DNA from: Thermoplasmatales archaeon
Lineage (GTDB): Archaea; Thermoplasmatota; Thermoplasmata; Thermoplasmatales; GCA-001856825
Direction: 5' to 3'
Length of the DNA: 64,000 nucleotides
Assembly (NCBI GenBank): GCA_038728965.1
Contig: JAVYSX010000001.1
Coordinates: 30,586-94,585 of the forward strand
Part shown: piece after piece, positions 20,406 to 27,916 of the stretch
Position numbering within the stretch: position 1 is the stretch's first letter
How the letters are laid out: each line of letters starts with the position of its first letter
Program-made: the position numbers and the translations under genes
Notes under the pieces: generated by a model
Databases searched by the model: none
Told to the model about the DNA's origin: nothing
Seen by the model: the letters and a program-made list of their open reading frames with translations, nothing else

Positions 20406-21011
20406 ATGCCGACTAAAACTGCCCTTGAGGTCGTAGTGGAAATCGAGAGAGAAGATTGTGTTATAACAAATGCTCTTGCAGACGTCAATTGCACCATCGT
20501 TAGACTTCTCATGAGGCCAGACTATACATTGCATCGTGTTAAACCGACTGAATCCTGTGACCCCATTGACGTTTCCAGGCTGAAGAATCTCAAGCTACGC
20601 CGGGTCGGGAACGGTGCATTTTGGATAGAAAGTCCGAGCTGTTCTGTATGTAACTTGCTTTCAAGGATTCACTTCATAAACCCTATCGGAACTCACTCTG
20701 TTGGCAAAAATCACGTCCAGGTTAGGTTTTTAGTGGCATCTAGAGGGGATCTGAAACTTTTCAAAAAGGAACTGGATAATAGTGGATTAAAGTACACAAT
20801 ACTGAGCATCTCTCCATTCATGCATCAGGAGCTAACACAAAAAGAAAGATTTGCATTGGAGGAGGCCCTGAAGAGGGGTTACTTTGATATTGAGGGTAGG
20901 ATATCGCTCACAGAACTATCCCACTTCCTTGGAGTAACGCCGGCATCGCTTTCTGAGCTTCTCCGAAGGGGGCTCAAGAAGACAGTATCCAACTACCTTT
21001 ACGAATATTAA
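20406..21011 (+). CDS. HTH_10 (bacterio-opsin-activator type) transcriptional regulator with Cys-containing N-terminal domain
   Basis: C-terminus LTQKERFALEEALKRGYFDIEGRISLTELSHFLGVTPASLSELLRRGLKK matches the Bat-type HTH pattern. N-terminal domain has Cys 18, 29, 51 and a CSVC pair. Divergent from aprB. Confidence 0.7.
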   Translation: MPTKTALEVVVEIEREDCVITNALADVNCTIVRLLMRPDYTLHRVKPTESCDPIDVSRLKNLKLRRVGNGAFWIESPSCSVCNLLSRIHFINPIGTHSVGKNHVQVRFLVASRGDLKLFKKELDNSGLKYTILSISPFMHQELTQKERFALEEALKRGYFDIEGRISLTELSHFLGVTPASLSELLRRGLKKTVSNYLYEY

Positions 21012-21045
21012 ACAGATGGCGTACGTTATATTTTGAGTACCCCAA

Positions 21046-21420
21046 TCAACTCCATGATAGCAGTATATCAACGTCCTCCGCGTAGGCGAAGAAGTATGCA
21101 ATGCCCACAATTTCAAAACCTGCAACTAGGTTGCTTTTGTCAATACCGAATGTCTGCGCAGCGAGAGAACACATGCGCAACATAACACCATTATCAATTG
21201 CCTCCCTAACCCTGTTTTTTATCTTTTGATCCAGTCTCTCAAAGACCTGTTGTTTCCCGATAAGGACACCATCCAAATAAAAAAATACTAAAGTCTCGTA
21301 ATCCATTACTGCGGCTGCATTGGCATAGCCAAGCATTGTCTCGATCCTCGTGTTGTCGCTCGGAGGAACCATAGAAAAAAATGCGATTTTTTTTCTTCTT
21401 GAACTTTCTTGATTACTCAT
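21046..21420 (-). CDS. DsrE/DsrF-family sulfur-relay-like protein (stand-alone)
   Basis: 124 aa. The beta-alpha-beta pattern KKIAFFSMV...VFFYLDGV...LRMCSLAAQTFGI parallels the DsrE/TusD layout, including the conserved Cys position. A TTAAATTT box about 27 nt before the ATG suggests a leaderless mRNA. Confidence 0.55.
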   Translation of the reverse strand: MSNQESSRRKKIAFFSMVPPSDNTRIETMLGYANAAAVMDYETLVFFYLDGVLIGKQQVFERLDQKIKNRVREAIDNGVMLRMCSLAAQTFGIDKSNLVAGFEIVGIAYFFAYAEDVDILLSWS

Positions 21421-21919
21421 TGCTAAATATGACGAGGGGGAAATTTAATTCAAACCCTTAAACGTTCGGGATTTAAGGTAAAGTAGGATAATGGTATAGA
21501 AAGCAAAAGAATCTTTTTTCCATCCTAAAGGTCCACCCGTTAACAAGTGTTCTTTACACTGCCGCGCTCTGCTGACCGGTGGGGTAATTTATTCCTCTAG
21601 CTATCTGGGGACAAGCTCCGCAATCTTAGGAAACCGTTAACATGAAACCCTGAATGAACTGCTACGTTATCAAATTTAGGATTTTCCGCATAAACGAATT
21701 ATTAGATCTTAGAAAATCGGAGGTGAATCCTAAGAATTTTGGAAATTTGATTGGCAATAGGCCACTTGAATCCGTGTCGCGGCAATCCTCTTTTTTACCG
21801 TTATATTTTGTGCGTGTCTTATGCACGCTTTAAGAGGAAAGATGCGATTTAATTCTTATAGTCATTTAAACCTAAACCTATAATTCCCAAGTATTGAGCA
21901 CAACCTTGACCAGACAGAT

Positions 21920-21939
21920 GTCGAAATTTGTCGAATTTT
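21920..21939 (+). promoter_or_regulatory. tandem 10-bp direct repeat GTCGAAATTT/GTCGAATTTT upstream of dsrC (candidate operator/promoter element)
   Basis: Read directly. The two adjacent copies differ at one position. They lie 62-81 nt upstream of the dsrC ATG and overlap an A/T-rich TATA-like stretch. Confidence 0.35.
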
Positions 21940-22000
21940 ACCTAATCTGTAAGGTGTCCAATTCATAATTAATCTTACAATTCAAAATAAGGTGCTATCT

Positions 22001-22351
22001 ATGGCCGAACAAACAAAGAATAGGATTGTCGAGGTCAGGATGTCAGACGGATCTACCAAAGAAATAAATATTGACGAGGACGGTTTTATATTAAATCCAT
22101 CTGAATGGTGCCCCGAATTTGTATCTGCAATATCTGCAGAAGAAGGAATCTCAAATCTGACCGAAGATCACTGGAAGGTGATAAATTATCTTAGGCAATA
22201 CTATCTCACCTACGATAGTTGCCCTCCTATAAGGATGCTAACTAAGAGTACAGGTTTCGATCTTAAAAAGATATACGAATTGTTCCCAACAGGTCCCGCT
22301 AAGGGAGCTTGCAGGATGGCAGGGGCTCCGAAACCAACGGGGTGCGTCTGA
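22001..22351 (+). CDS. dsrC: DsrC (dissimilatory sulfite reductase gamma / trisulfide carrier)
   Basis: C-terminal arm ...GACRMAGAPKPTGCV carries both conserved Cys residues, 10 residues apart, with the penultimate Cys present. ATG 22001 has AAGGTG 6 nt upstream. The tracked GTG at 21992 is less likely. Confidence 0.9.
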   Translation: MAEQTKNRIVEVRMSDGSTKEINIDEDGFILNPSEWCPEFVSAISAEEGISNLTEDHWKVINYLRQYYLTYDSCPPIRMLTKSTGFDLKKIYELFPTGPAKGACRMAGAPKPTGCV

Positions 22352-22654
22352 ATGATATACCTAGTATGTCCCATATGCGGATACGCCATCGACATTTTTA
22401 CGGAGGAAGAGGCTTCAAATCCAATAAGATCGAAAAGAATGAAATATCTCCTGACCAGGGATCAGGTTTGTCCGAATTGCATTAATGCCATACCAAAATG
22501 TGAAAAAGTAGAGGCAGCGGAAAATGATATCCCGATTTTGAGGGTAAATATAGATAAGGTGGAATTAGAACAATTTTCTCGATACCTTAAAGAAAAGGGT
22601 TACGTCGTTGGCACTGAGTTTGCGCTTAATGAATTCAGAGGTGGTAAGAAATGA
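22352..22654 (+). CDS. uncharacterised 100-aa zinc-ribbon protein embedded between dsrC and dsrA
   Basis: CPICG (res 6-9) and CPNC (res 40-43) form a 4-Cys ribbon. The C-terminal ~45 aa look like a small folded domain. The ATG abuts the dsrC TGA, with GGGGTG 7 nt upstream. The stop forms an ATGA overlap with dsrA. Confidence 0.7.
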   Translation: MIYLVCPICGYAIDIFTEEEASNPIRSKRMKYLLTRDQVCPNCINAIPKCEKVEAAENDIPILRVNIDKVELEQFSRYLKEKGYVVGTEFALNEFRGGKK

Positions 22655-23835
22655 CCGAATTACCGGAAGAAGTAGTAAAAGGAAGGAAGATCCTCGAAGA
22701 TCTAAAGAGAGGTTCATGGCCAAATTTTGTAAAGGAAGCGCAGAAAACAAGGTATCCAGTAGATCTTTACGGGGCATCGCTGGCTCTAAAGCGCGATCTA
22801 TTCACTACCGGCGGGTACGTTTCTGTCCCTGGAGCCCCTACTGGAATATTGATGAGAGTTACAAGTAGACCTGATATAGGAGAGAGCGCGAACATAGTAA
22901 GAGTTCTGATTCCTTCAGGCAACTTCGTAACCTCCGATATGCTAGACAAGCTCTGTGAACTTGCTGATAAGTATGGAGTTGGTCTGATACATGCTATAAG
23001 TACTGGAGAGGATATAGAAATACCGGGGATACCTAAGGAAAGAATAAGAGATTTCATAGCAGAGCTCAGGCAGAATGGCTACGAATGTGGCTCCACCGGG
23101 GATGCCTTCAGAGCAACAACAACTTGCGTTGGAAGTGCCCTCTGCGAGTATTCAAATCTGAATACCGAGGAATTCAGAGACAAGTTCTATGACATTTATA
23201 ACGACTTTGCCAAGTATCCGACGTTCCCGCATAAGGTGAAGGTCAAGGTATCTGGTTGCCCAATAGATTGCGGAAGGGCAACTCAGAAGGCCGATATTGG
23301 AATAATAGGATCGTGGAAAGGTGCCCCAGAGATAGACGAGAATTTGGTGAAGAATTTGACTGAGGCAGAAATTAATGAAATTGTGAGCGGATGCCCTACC
23401 AGTGCAATATCCAAGGAAGGTAGCACAATCAGGATAAAGGGGGAAGACTGCAACCAGTGCATGCTCTGTGTGAGAAAAAGCAAAGGCGCTATAATGCCTG
23501 GGAAGGAGAAACAATATCTAATTTACATTGGAGGAAAACTGAGGGGCAAAAAAGGCCCACTAACTGGTAAATTATTAACGAGACTAAATACACCTGAGGA
23601 AGCACTGAATATTATCAACAGGATCGTGGAGGTCTATATTGATCAGGCAGCCAGAAAGGAGAGAATCGGTGATATGCTATTACGGGTCGGAATGAAAGGC
23701 TTCATTGACATGCTAAAGGAGAAACCAAAGGCAATGAATTCTAAGGATCTGCGAACGAATGTTTTCTACGCTGTCGACGAGAAAGGTCGAGAAGAAATTC
23801 CTAAGGAAGTAAGTAAGGCTGTGGGGGGTGATTGA
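22651..23835 (+). CDS. dsrA: dissimilatory sulfite reductase alpha subunit
   Basis: GSWPNFVKE N-terminal motif. Sirohaem-[4Fe-4S] motifs CX5C (TCVGSALCE) and CX3C (SGCPIDC). Ferredoxin insert CPTSAI...CNQCMLCV. Confidence 0.92.
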   Translation: MTELPEEVVKGRKILEDLKRGSWPNFVKEAQKTRYPVDLYGASLALKRDLFTTGGYVSVPGAPTGILMRVTSRPDIGESANIVRVLIPSGNFVTSDMLDKLCELADKYGVGLIHAISTGEDIEIPGIPKERIRDFIAELRQNGYECGSTGDAFRATTTCVGSALCEYSNLNTEEFRDKFYDIYNDFAKYPTFPHKVKVKVSGCPIDCGRATQKADIGIIGSWKGAPEIDENLVKNLTEAEINEIVSGCPTSAISKEGSTIRIKGEDCNQCMLCVRKSKGAIMPGKEKQYLIYIGGKLRGKKGPLTGKLLTRLNTPEEALNIINRIVEVYIDQAARKERIGDMLLRVGMKGFIDMLKEKPKAMNSKDLRTNVFYAVDEKGREEIPKEVSKAVGGD

Positions 23836-23836
23836 A

Positions 23837-24898
23837 ATGCAGGAAGGGCCACCAAGACCTTACACGAAATTCATCCCTGCTTATTTGAAGGATTCAGTAG
23901 GAAAATGGAGGACACATAGGATTGTAGAGCCAGGAATAATGGAGCACACTGATATTAGCGGAAAGAAAATATATACGGTTCGAGCTGGTTCCACACCGAA
24001 TGGCAGATACAGTACGGAAACTATGAGGAAGATATCGGCCCTCGCACGCAAATACTCCGGGGGAAGTATGAGATTTACGGGCGCCATTAACATGGAGTTC
24101 ATTACCAAGGATCTCAAAGATGCTATATCTCTCAAAACGGACCTCGAAGATTTGGGCTTTCCCATCGGTGGATGGGATGGCCATCTCTGGAGCTTAACAT
24201 CGTGCGCTGGTTACTTCCACTGCGCTTTGGCCGCGACGGATGCTCCATCCATCATTCAAAACATCGCAAATGCGATTGGCAAGTACTTTGACAAGGAGGA
24301 ACTTCCAGCAAAACTGACTGTGGCCGCATCCGGGTGTCCCAGCTCCTGTGGGAACAGCTTCCTTACGGATATATCGATAAGTGGCATCCATACAGAGATC
24401 CCTATCATAACTAAAGACGTAGCGAAATGCGATCTTCAGGGTACCGCTTATACCTGTCCCGTGGGCGCCATCCAGATCAAGCAGAACCCCGATGGTTCAA
24501 AGAGTCTGGAAATCAGAGGTAATCTGTGTATAGGATGCGGTCTCTGCGTAGGTGCCTGTGGCGGCATTATTTTTGAAACCCCTGAGAAAACCGACGGTCA
24601 CGCAATAGCAATAGGCGGAAAGGCAGTTCCGTCGAGGGTGGGTACGACACTTTCCAGAATAATAATTCCATATCTGCCTAATGAACCGCCGTATTACCCA
24701 AAGACAGTTGCTGCCGTACTGAGAATAGTTGATACATGGCGAAAGGATGCAAAAAAAGGAGAGAGGATCGCTGATTGGGTCGATAGAATTGGCTGGGAGA
24801 AGTTCTTTGAGAAAACAGGTCTTCCGTATTTCGAGCAGAGTATGGAATATCTCGATATCAGGGGTATAACGACGCTGAGGGACGGGGGCACAAGATAG
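23837..24898 (+). CDS. dsrB: dissimilatory sulfite reductase beta subunit
   Basis: CX5C (SCAGYFHC) and CX3C (GCPSSC). Ferredoxin insert CPVGAI...CIGCGLCVGAC. ATG 23837 has GGGGGTG 7 nt upstream. The tracked GTG at 23828 is the alternative start. Confidence 0.92.
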   Translation: MQEGPPRPYTKFIPAYLKDSVGKWRTHRIVEPGIMEHTDISGKKIYTVRAGSTPNGRYSTETMRKISALARKYSGGSMRFTGAINMEFITKDLKDAISLKTDLEDLGFPIGGWDGHLWSLTSCAGYFHCALAATDAPSIIQNIANAIGKYFDKEELPAKLTVAASGCPSSCGNSFLTDISISGIHTEIPIITKDVAKCDLQGTAYTCPVGAIQIKQNPDGSKSLEIRGNLCIGCGLCVGACGGIIFETPEKTDGHAIAIGGKAVPSRVGTTLSRIIIPYLPNEPPYYPKTVAAVLRIVDTWRKDAKKGERIADWVDRIGWEKFFEKTGLPYFEQSMEYLDIRGITTLRDGGTR

Positions 24899-24925
24899 GC
24901 AGGCTGGTCGGCAGTGTGAGGTGTT

Positions 24926-25678
24926 ATGAGCATAGGGGACTGGGCTATTATTGCGTATGCGTACGTCGCTGTAGCCGTATTCTTAGTTGGTACGGTGGTA
25001 ACCCTTGTGAGGTGGATATTCCTGCCAAAGGGTCCCTCAAAGACGTTCCTGGGGTATCCCTACCTTTTTACGTATCCGGGGATTGATTCAAGGCTTCGTG
25101 CGTTCAAGAATATACTATCCAGAATTTTCCTTTTTTCCAGCATGAAGAATGACCCAATTCTCAGAATTTCATCGGCGATTTTCCACTGGACCCTGTGGAT
25201 TGTGATAGCCGCACATCTAGACATTGTTCTCATGCCATATTTTTCAGCTACAGGCATAAGCGAGAAAACCATGTCTATGATAGGCGATTATCTCGGAACT
25301 TCATTGGCCATTGTCATGGTAGCTTTCGGGACGTACCTGCTGATCAGAAGGTTCACCAACATCTACGTGAGAAAAACGAGCTATATGTCAGATTATTTTT
25401 CTATAATCCTCATAATCGCCCTGGGTGTATCAGGAATAGTCATGAGGTTCACGCTTCCCCCTCTATTTGCCTATAACTATGTCACGCCCTTCATATATTC
25501 CCTTATACATTTTTCTCCCATTCAGGTTCCTATCTTTACCCAGTTCCTGGTGCATTTTCTCATCGCATCAACCCTTTTGATCTACTTTCCGTTCAGCAAG
25601 TTCATGCACCCGTATTCTTTCTTTACCAACCCCACCATGTATTCAATTTTCCATCCCGGTGAAGTAAATGAAACCTAA
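24926..25678 (+). CDS. dsrM: DsrM (NarI/HdrE-like dihaem-b membrane quinol oxidoreductase subunit)
   Basis: 250 aa, about 5-6 TM helices with conserved His residues. GAGGTG Shine-Dalgarno sequence. Located between dsrB and dsrK. Confidence 0.8.
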   Translation: MSIGDWAIIAYAYVAVAVFLVGTVVTLVRWIFLPKGPSKTFLGYPYLFTYPGIDSRLRAFKNILSRIFLFSSMKNDPILRISSAIFHWTLWIVIAAHLDIVLMPYFSATGISEKTMSMIGDYLGTSLAIVMVAFGTYLLIRRFTNIYVRKTSYMSDYFSIILIIALGVSGIVMRFTLPPLFAYNYVTPFIYSLIHFSPIQVPIFTQFLVHFLIASTLLIYFPFSKFMHPYSFFTNPTMYSIFHPGEVNET

Positions 25679-27053
25679 GATTAGGGACATAATCCTTGAG
25701 AGCCCGAGCGGAAAGGCCGAGGAATGGTTACGGAAGCAAAAGAACCTCGAATGGGCAAAAACCACCTCCGAAAGGAGGGCCAAGGATCCTCTGCTGCAGG
25801 AGATAAAAGTAGCGAGGAACGAGGACGTGGATTACTTTTTAAATAGATTTGAGGAACTAAGAAAGAGCAAAGCTTTTGTTGCATTTATGGAAAGCTGCAC
25901 ACGTTGCGGTGAGTGCATTGATAAATGCCAGATGTTCATCGCTACAGGTGACCTCAACAATTCTCCCGTGGGTCGCGCTAATCTCGTGAGAGACATATAT
26001 AGAGCCAGAGGGAAAATAAAAAAAGAAGATATAAACCTGAATAGTCTTTATTCTTACTATTACCAGTGTACAGAATGCAGAAGATGTTCCGTCTTCTGTC
26101 CCGCAGGTATCGATCAATCAGAGATCACTAGGAACATTAGGAACATTCTGACTGATATGGGCCTAATACCCGAGTACGTGGCAGCTACCATGGCCCAGGT
26201 TTATAAAACAGGCAACAACATGGGCCTCAAGGACAAATTCATAAAGAATGTTACAGGTTTTCTAGAGGAGGAAATGCTTTCAGAAACAGGAAAGGAAATC
26301 AAGATCCCAGTTGATATGCAGCGTGCAGAGGTTCTTGTTGTCCCTTCTTCGGCTGACATAGCGGTCAACAACGATACCCTGAAGGGATACGCCAAAACCT
26401 TGTTTGCGCTGGGGAAAGACTGGACACTCTCATCGTCAGCGACTGAAGCTGCTAATTTCGGGACTTTCGCGAGCGAACGGCATATGAAAGAATTTGGAGA
26501 TATTGTCGTGAACGAGGCGCTCAGTAGGGGAGTAAAGCTCGTTGTTTGGGGAGAATGCGGTCACGGTTGGAGAACAGCGAATAACTATGTCAGATATGAA
26601 CTCGCAAAACACGGGATCCAGCTAAGGCATATACACCAGATAACGTGGAAAGCCATAGAGAGGGGTCAAATAAAGGTTGATAAAAATAAGAATGACGACC
26701 TGTACAACTATCACGATCCGTGTAATCTCGCCAGGGGGGGCAATCTTGTCAATGAGCCAAGATATGTCCTGAATGCTGTTGTGAGGGAGACAGTTGAATC
26801 GAAATTCACGAAAGAGAAGACGTTCTGTTGCGGTGCTGGCGGTGGACTTCTGGCTGATGAAAAAGAATGGAACGAGTACCGGGCTTGGGCGGGTTGGCCT
26901 GCGGTTTACTATTCCTGGAAAACAGGCTCCCACCATATGGTTTCCCCGTGTGCAATAGACAAAGCACAGTTTCCATACGTGATGAATTTTCACAAGGTCG
27001 ATATGCAGAATCACGGGCTCATGGACCTTGTAGGATATGCCATAGAGCTGTGA
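25668..27053 (+). CDS. dsrK: DsrK (HdrD-like catalytic FeS subunit with CCG domains)
   Basis: CTRCGECIDKCQ and CTECRRCSVFCP motifs. CCG-domain signatures (DPCNLARGG, FCCGAGGG). 11-nt overlap with dsrM. Confidence 0.88.
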   Translation: MKPKIRDIILESPSGKAEEWLRKQKNLEWAKTTSERRAKDPLLQEIKVARNEDVDYFLNRFEELRKSKAFVAFMESCTRCGECIDKCQMFIATGDLNNSPVGRANLVRDIYRARGKIKKEDINLNSLYSYYYQCTECRRCSVFCPAGIDQSEITRNIRNILTDMGLIPEYVAATMAQVYKTGNNMGLKDKFIKNVTGFLEEEMLSETGKEIKIPVDMQRAEVLVVPSSADIAVNNDTLKGYAKTLFALGKDWTLSSSATEAANFGTFASERHMKEFGDIVVNEALSRGVKLVVWGECGHGWRTANNYVRYELAKHGIQLRHIHQITWKAIERGQIKVDKNKNDDLYNYHDPCNLARGGNLVNEPRYVLNAVVRETVESKFTKEKTFCCGAGGGLLADEKEWNEYRAWAGWPAVYYSWKTGSHHMVSPCAIDKAQFPYVMNFHKVDMQNHGLMDLVGYAIEL

Positions 27054-27054
27054 G

Positions 27055-27915
27055 GTGAAAATGCAACCTAATTATGGTGAGAACACGGAAAATAATAGGA
27101 AAGTATATTTGGTCGGTGCAGGGCCAGGGAATCCCGACTACCTCACAGTCAAAGCTCTAAGACTTTTAAAGAGATGCGATGTCCTTCTCTATGATATACT
27201 GGTTGACCGTTCTATTGTGGAGCTATCACCACCATCCTGTCAGAGGATATGCGTCGGAGCCGAACACGGCACAGATCCGTTATACAAACAGGATAAGATA
27301 GACGCCCTCATGCTTTCCTACTATAAGATGGGAAAGATTGTGGTACGTTTGAAATCAGGTGACCCGTTCATATTCGGCAGGGGCGGGGAGGAGATAGAAT
27401 TTTTACGGGAAAATAACATTCCATATGAGATCATCCCCGGCCTTACATCTGCCATATCTGTTCCGAGTTCAGCGGGAATCCCTCTGACGCACAGGGACTA
27501 CTCTTCATCCGTACTGATAATCTCTGGTCACAGAAAATCCAACGGAATGGGAAACGACTGGAAAGAAATTGCGAAATTCAAAGGAACGATCGTCGTTTTG
27601 ATGGGCGTGGCAACTGCAGCAGAAATGGTTTCAAATCTAATATACAATGGGATGGATCGAACCACAGGGGTCGCTATCGTGGAGAATGGAACGAAGGATA
27701 ATCAGCGCACTTTCTTCTGTCATTTGCAGGAATTGCCTGCTCTCGTATCGAGGTGCGAAATCAAGGCGCCAAGTATCATAGTTATCGGAAAGGTGATCAA
27801 TGCGCTCCTTGACCGCGGAATTTTCCAAGTTAGTGATTTTCACAAGTCTAATTTGCAGCTCGCTGATCTGATATTTTCCCAATGCGAAGAGCAGGAGTTC
27901 GTGCGGGGGAGGTAA
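27055..27915 (+). CDS. cobA: uroporphyrinogen-III C-methyltransferase (SUMT, sirohaem branch)
   Basis: VYLVGAGPGNPDYLTVKA, DVLLYD and GDPFIFGRGGEE motifs. The start may be the ATG at 27061. Confidence 0.88.
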   Translation: MKMQPNYGENTENNRKVYLVGAGPGNPDYLTVKALRLLKRCDVLLYDILVDRSIVELSPPSCQRICVGAEHGTDPLYKQDKIDALMLSYYKMGKIVVRLKSGDPFIFGRGGEEIEFLRENNIPYEIIPGLTSAISVPSSAGIPLTHRDYSSSVLIISGHRKSNGMGNDWKEIAKFKGTIVVLMGVATAAEMVSNLIYNGMDRTTGVAIVENGTKDNQRTFFCHLQELPALVSRCEIKAPSIIVIGKVINALLDRGIFQVSDFHKSNLQLADLIFSQCEEQEFVRGR

Positions 27916-27916
27916 T

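Noticed and set aside
20111-22000. Recurrent GGAAATT(T/A) / CGAAATTT hexamer-heptamers in the island intergenic regions (about 20189, 21438, 21741, 21923), considered as a shared operator motif
   Set aside because: Short A/T-rich words are expected by chance in ~900 bp of A/T-rich spacer. Only the adjacent tandem pair at 21920-21939 is reported. The rest cannot be distinguished from background without statistics.
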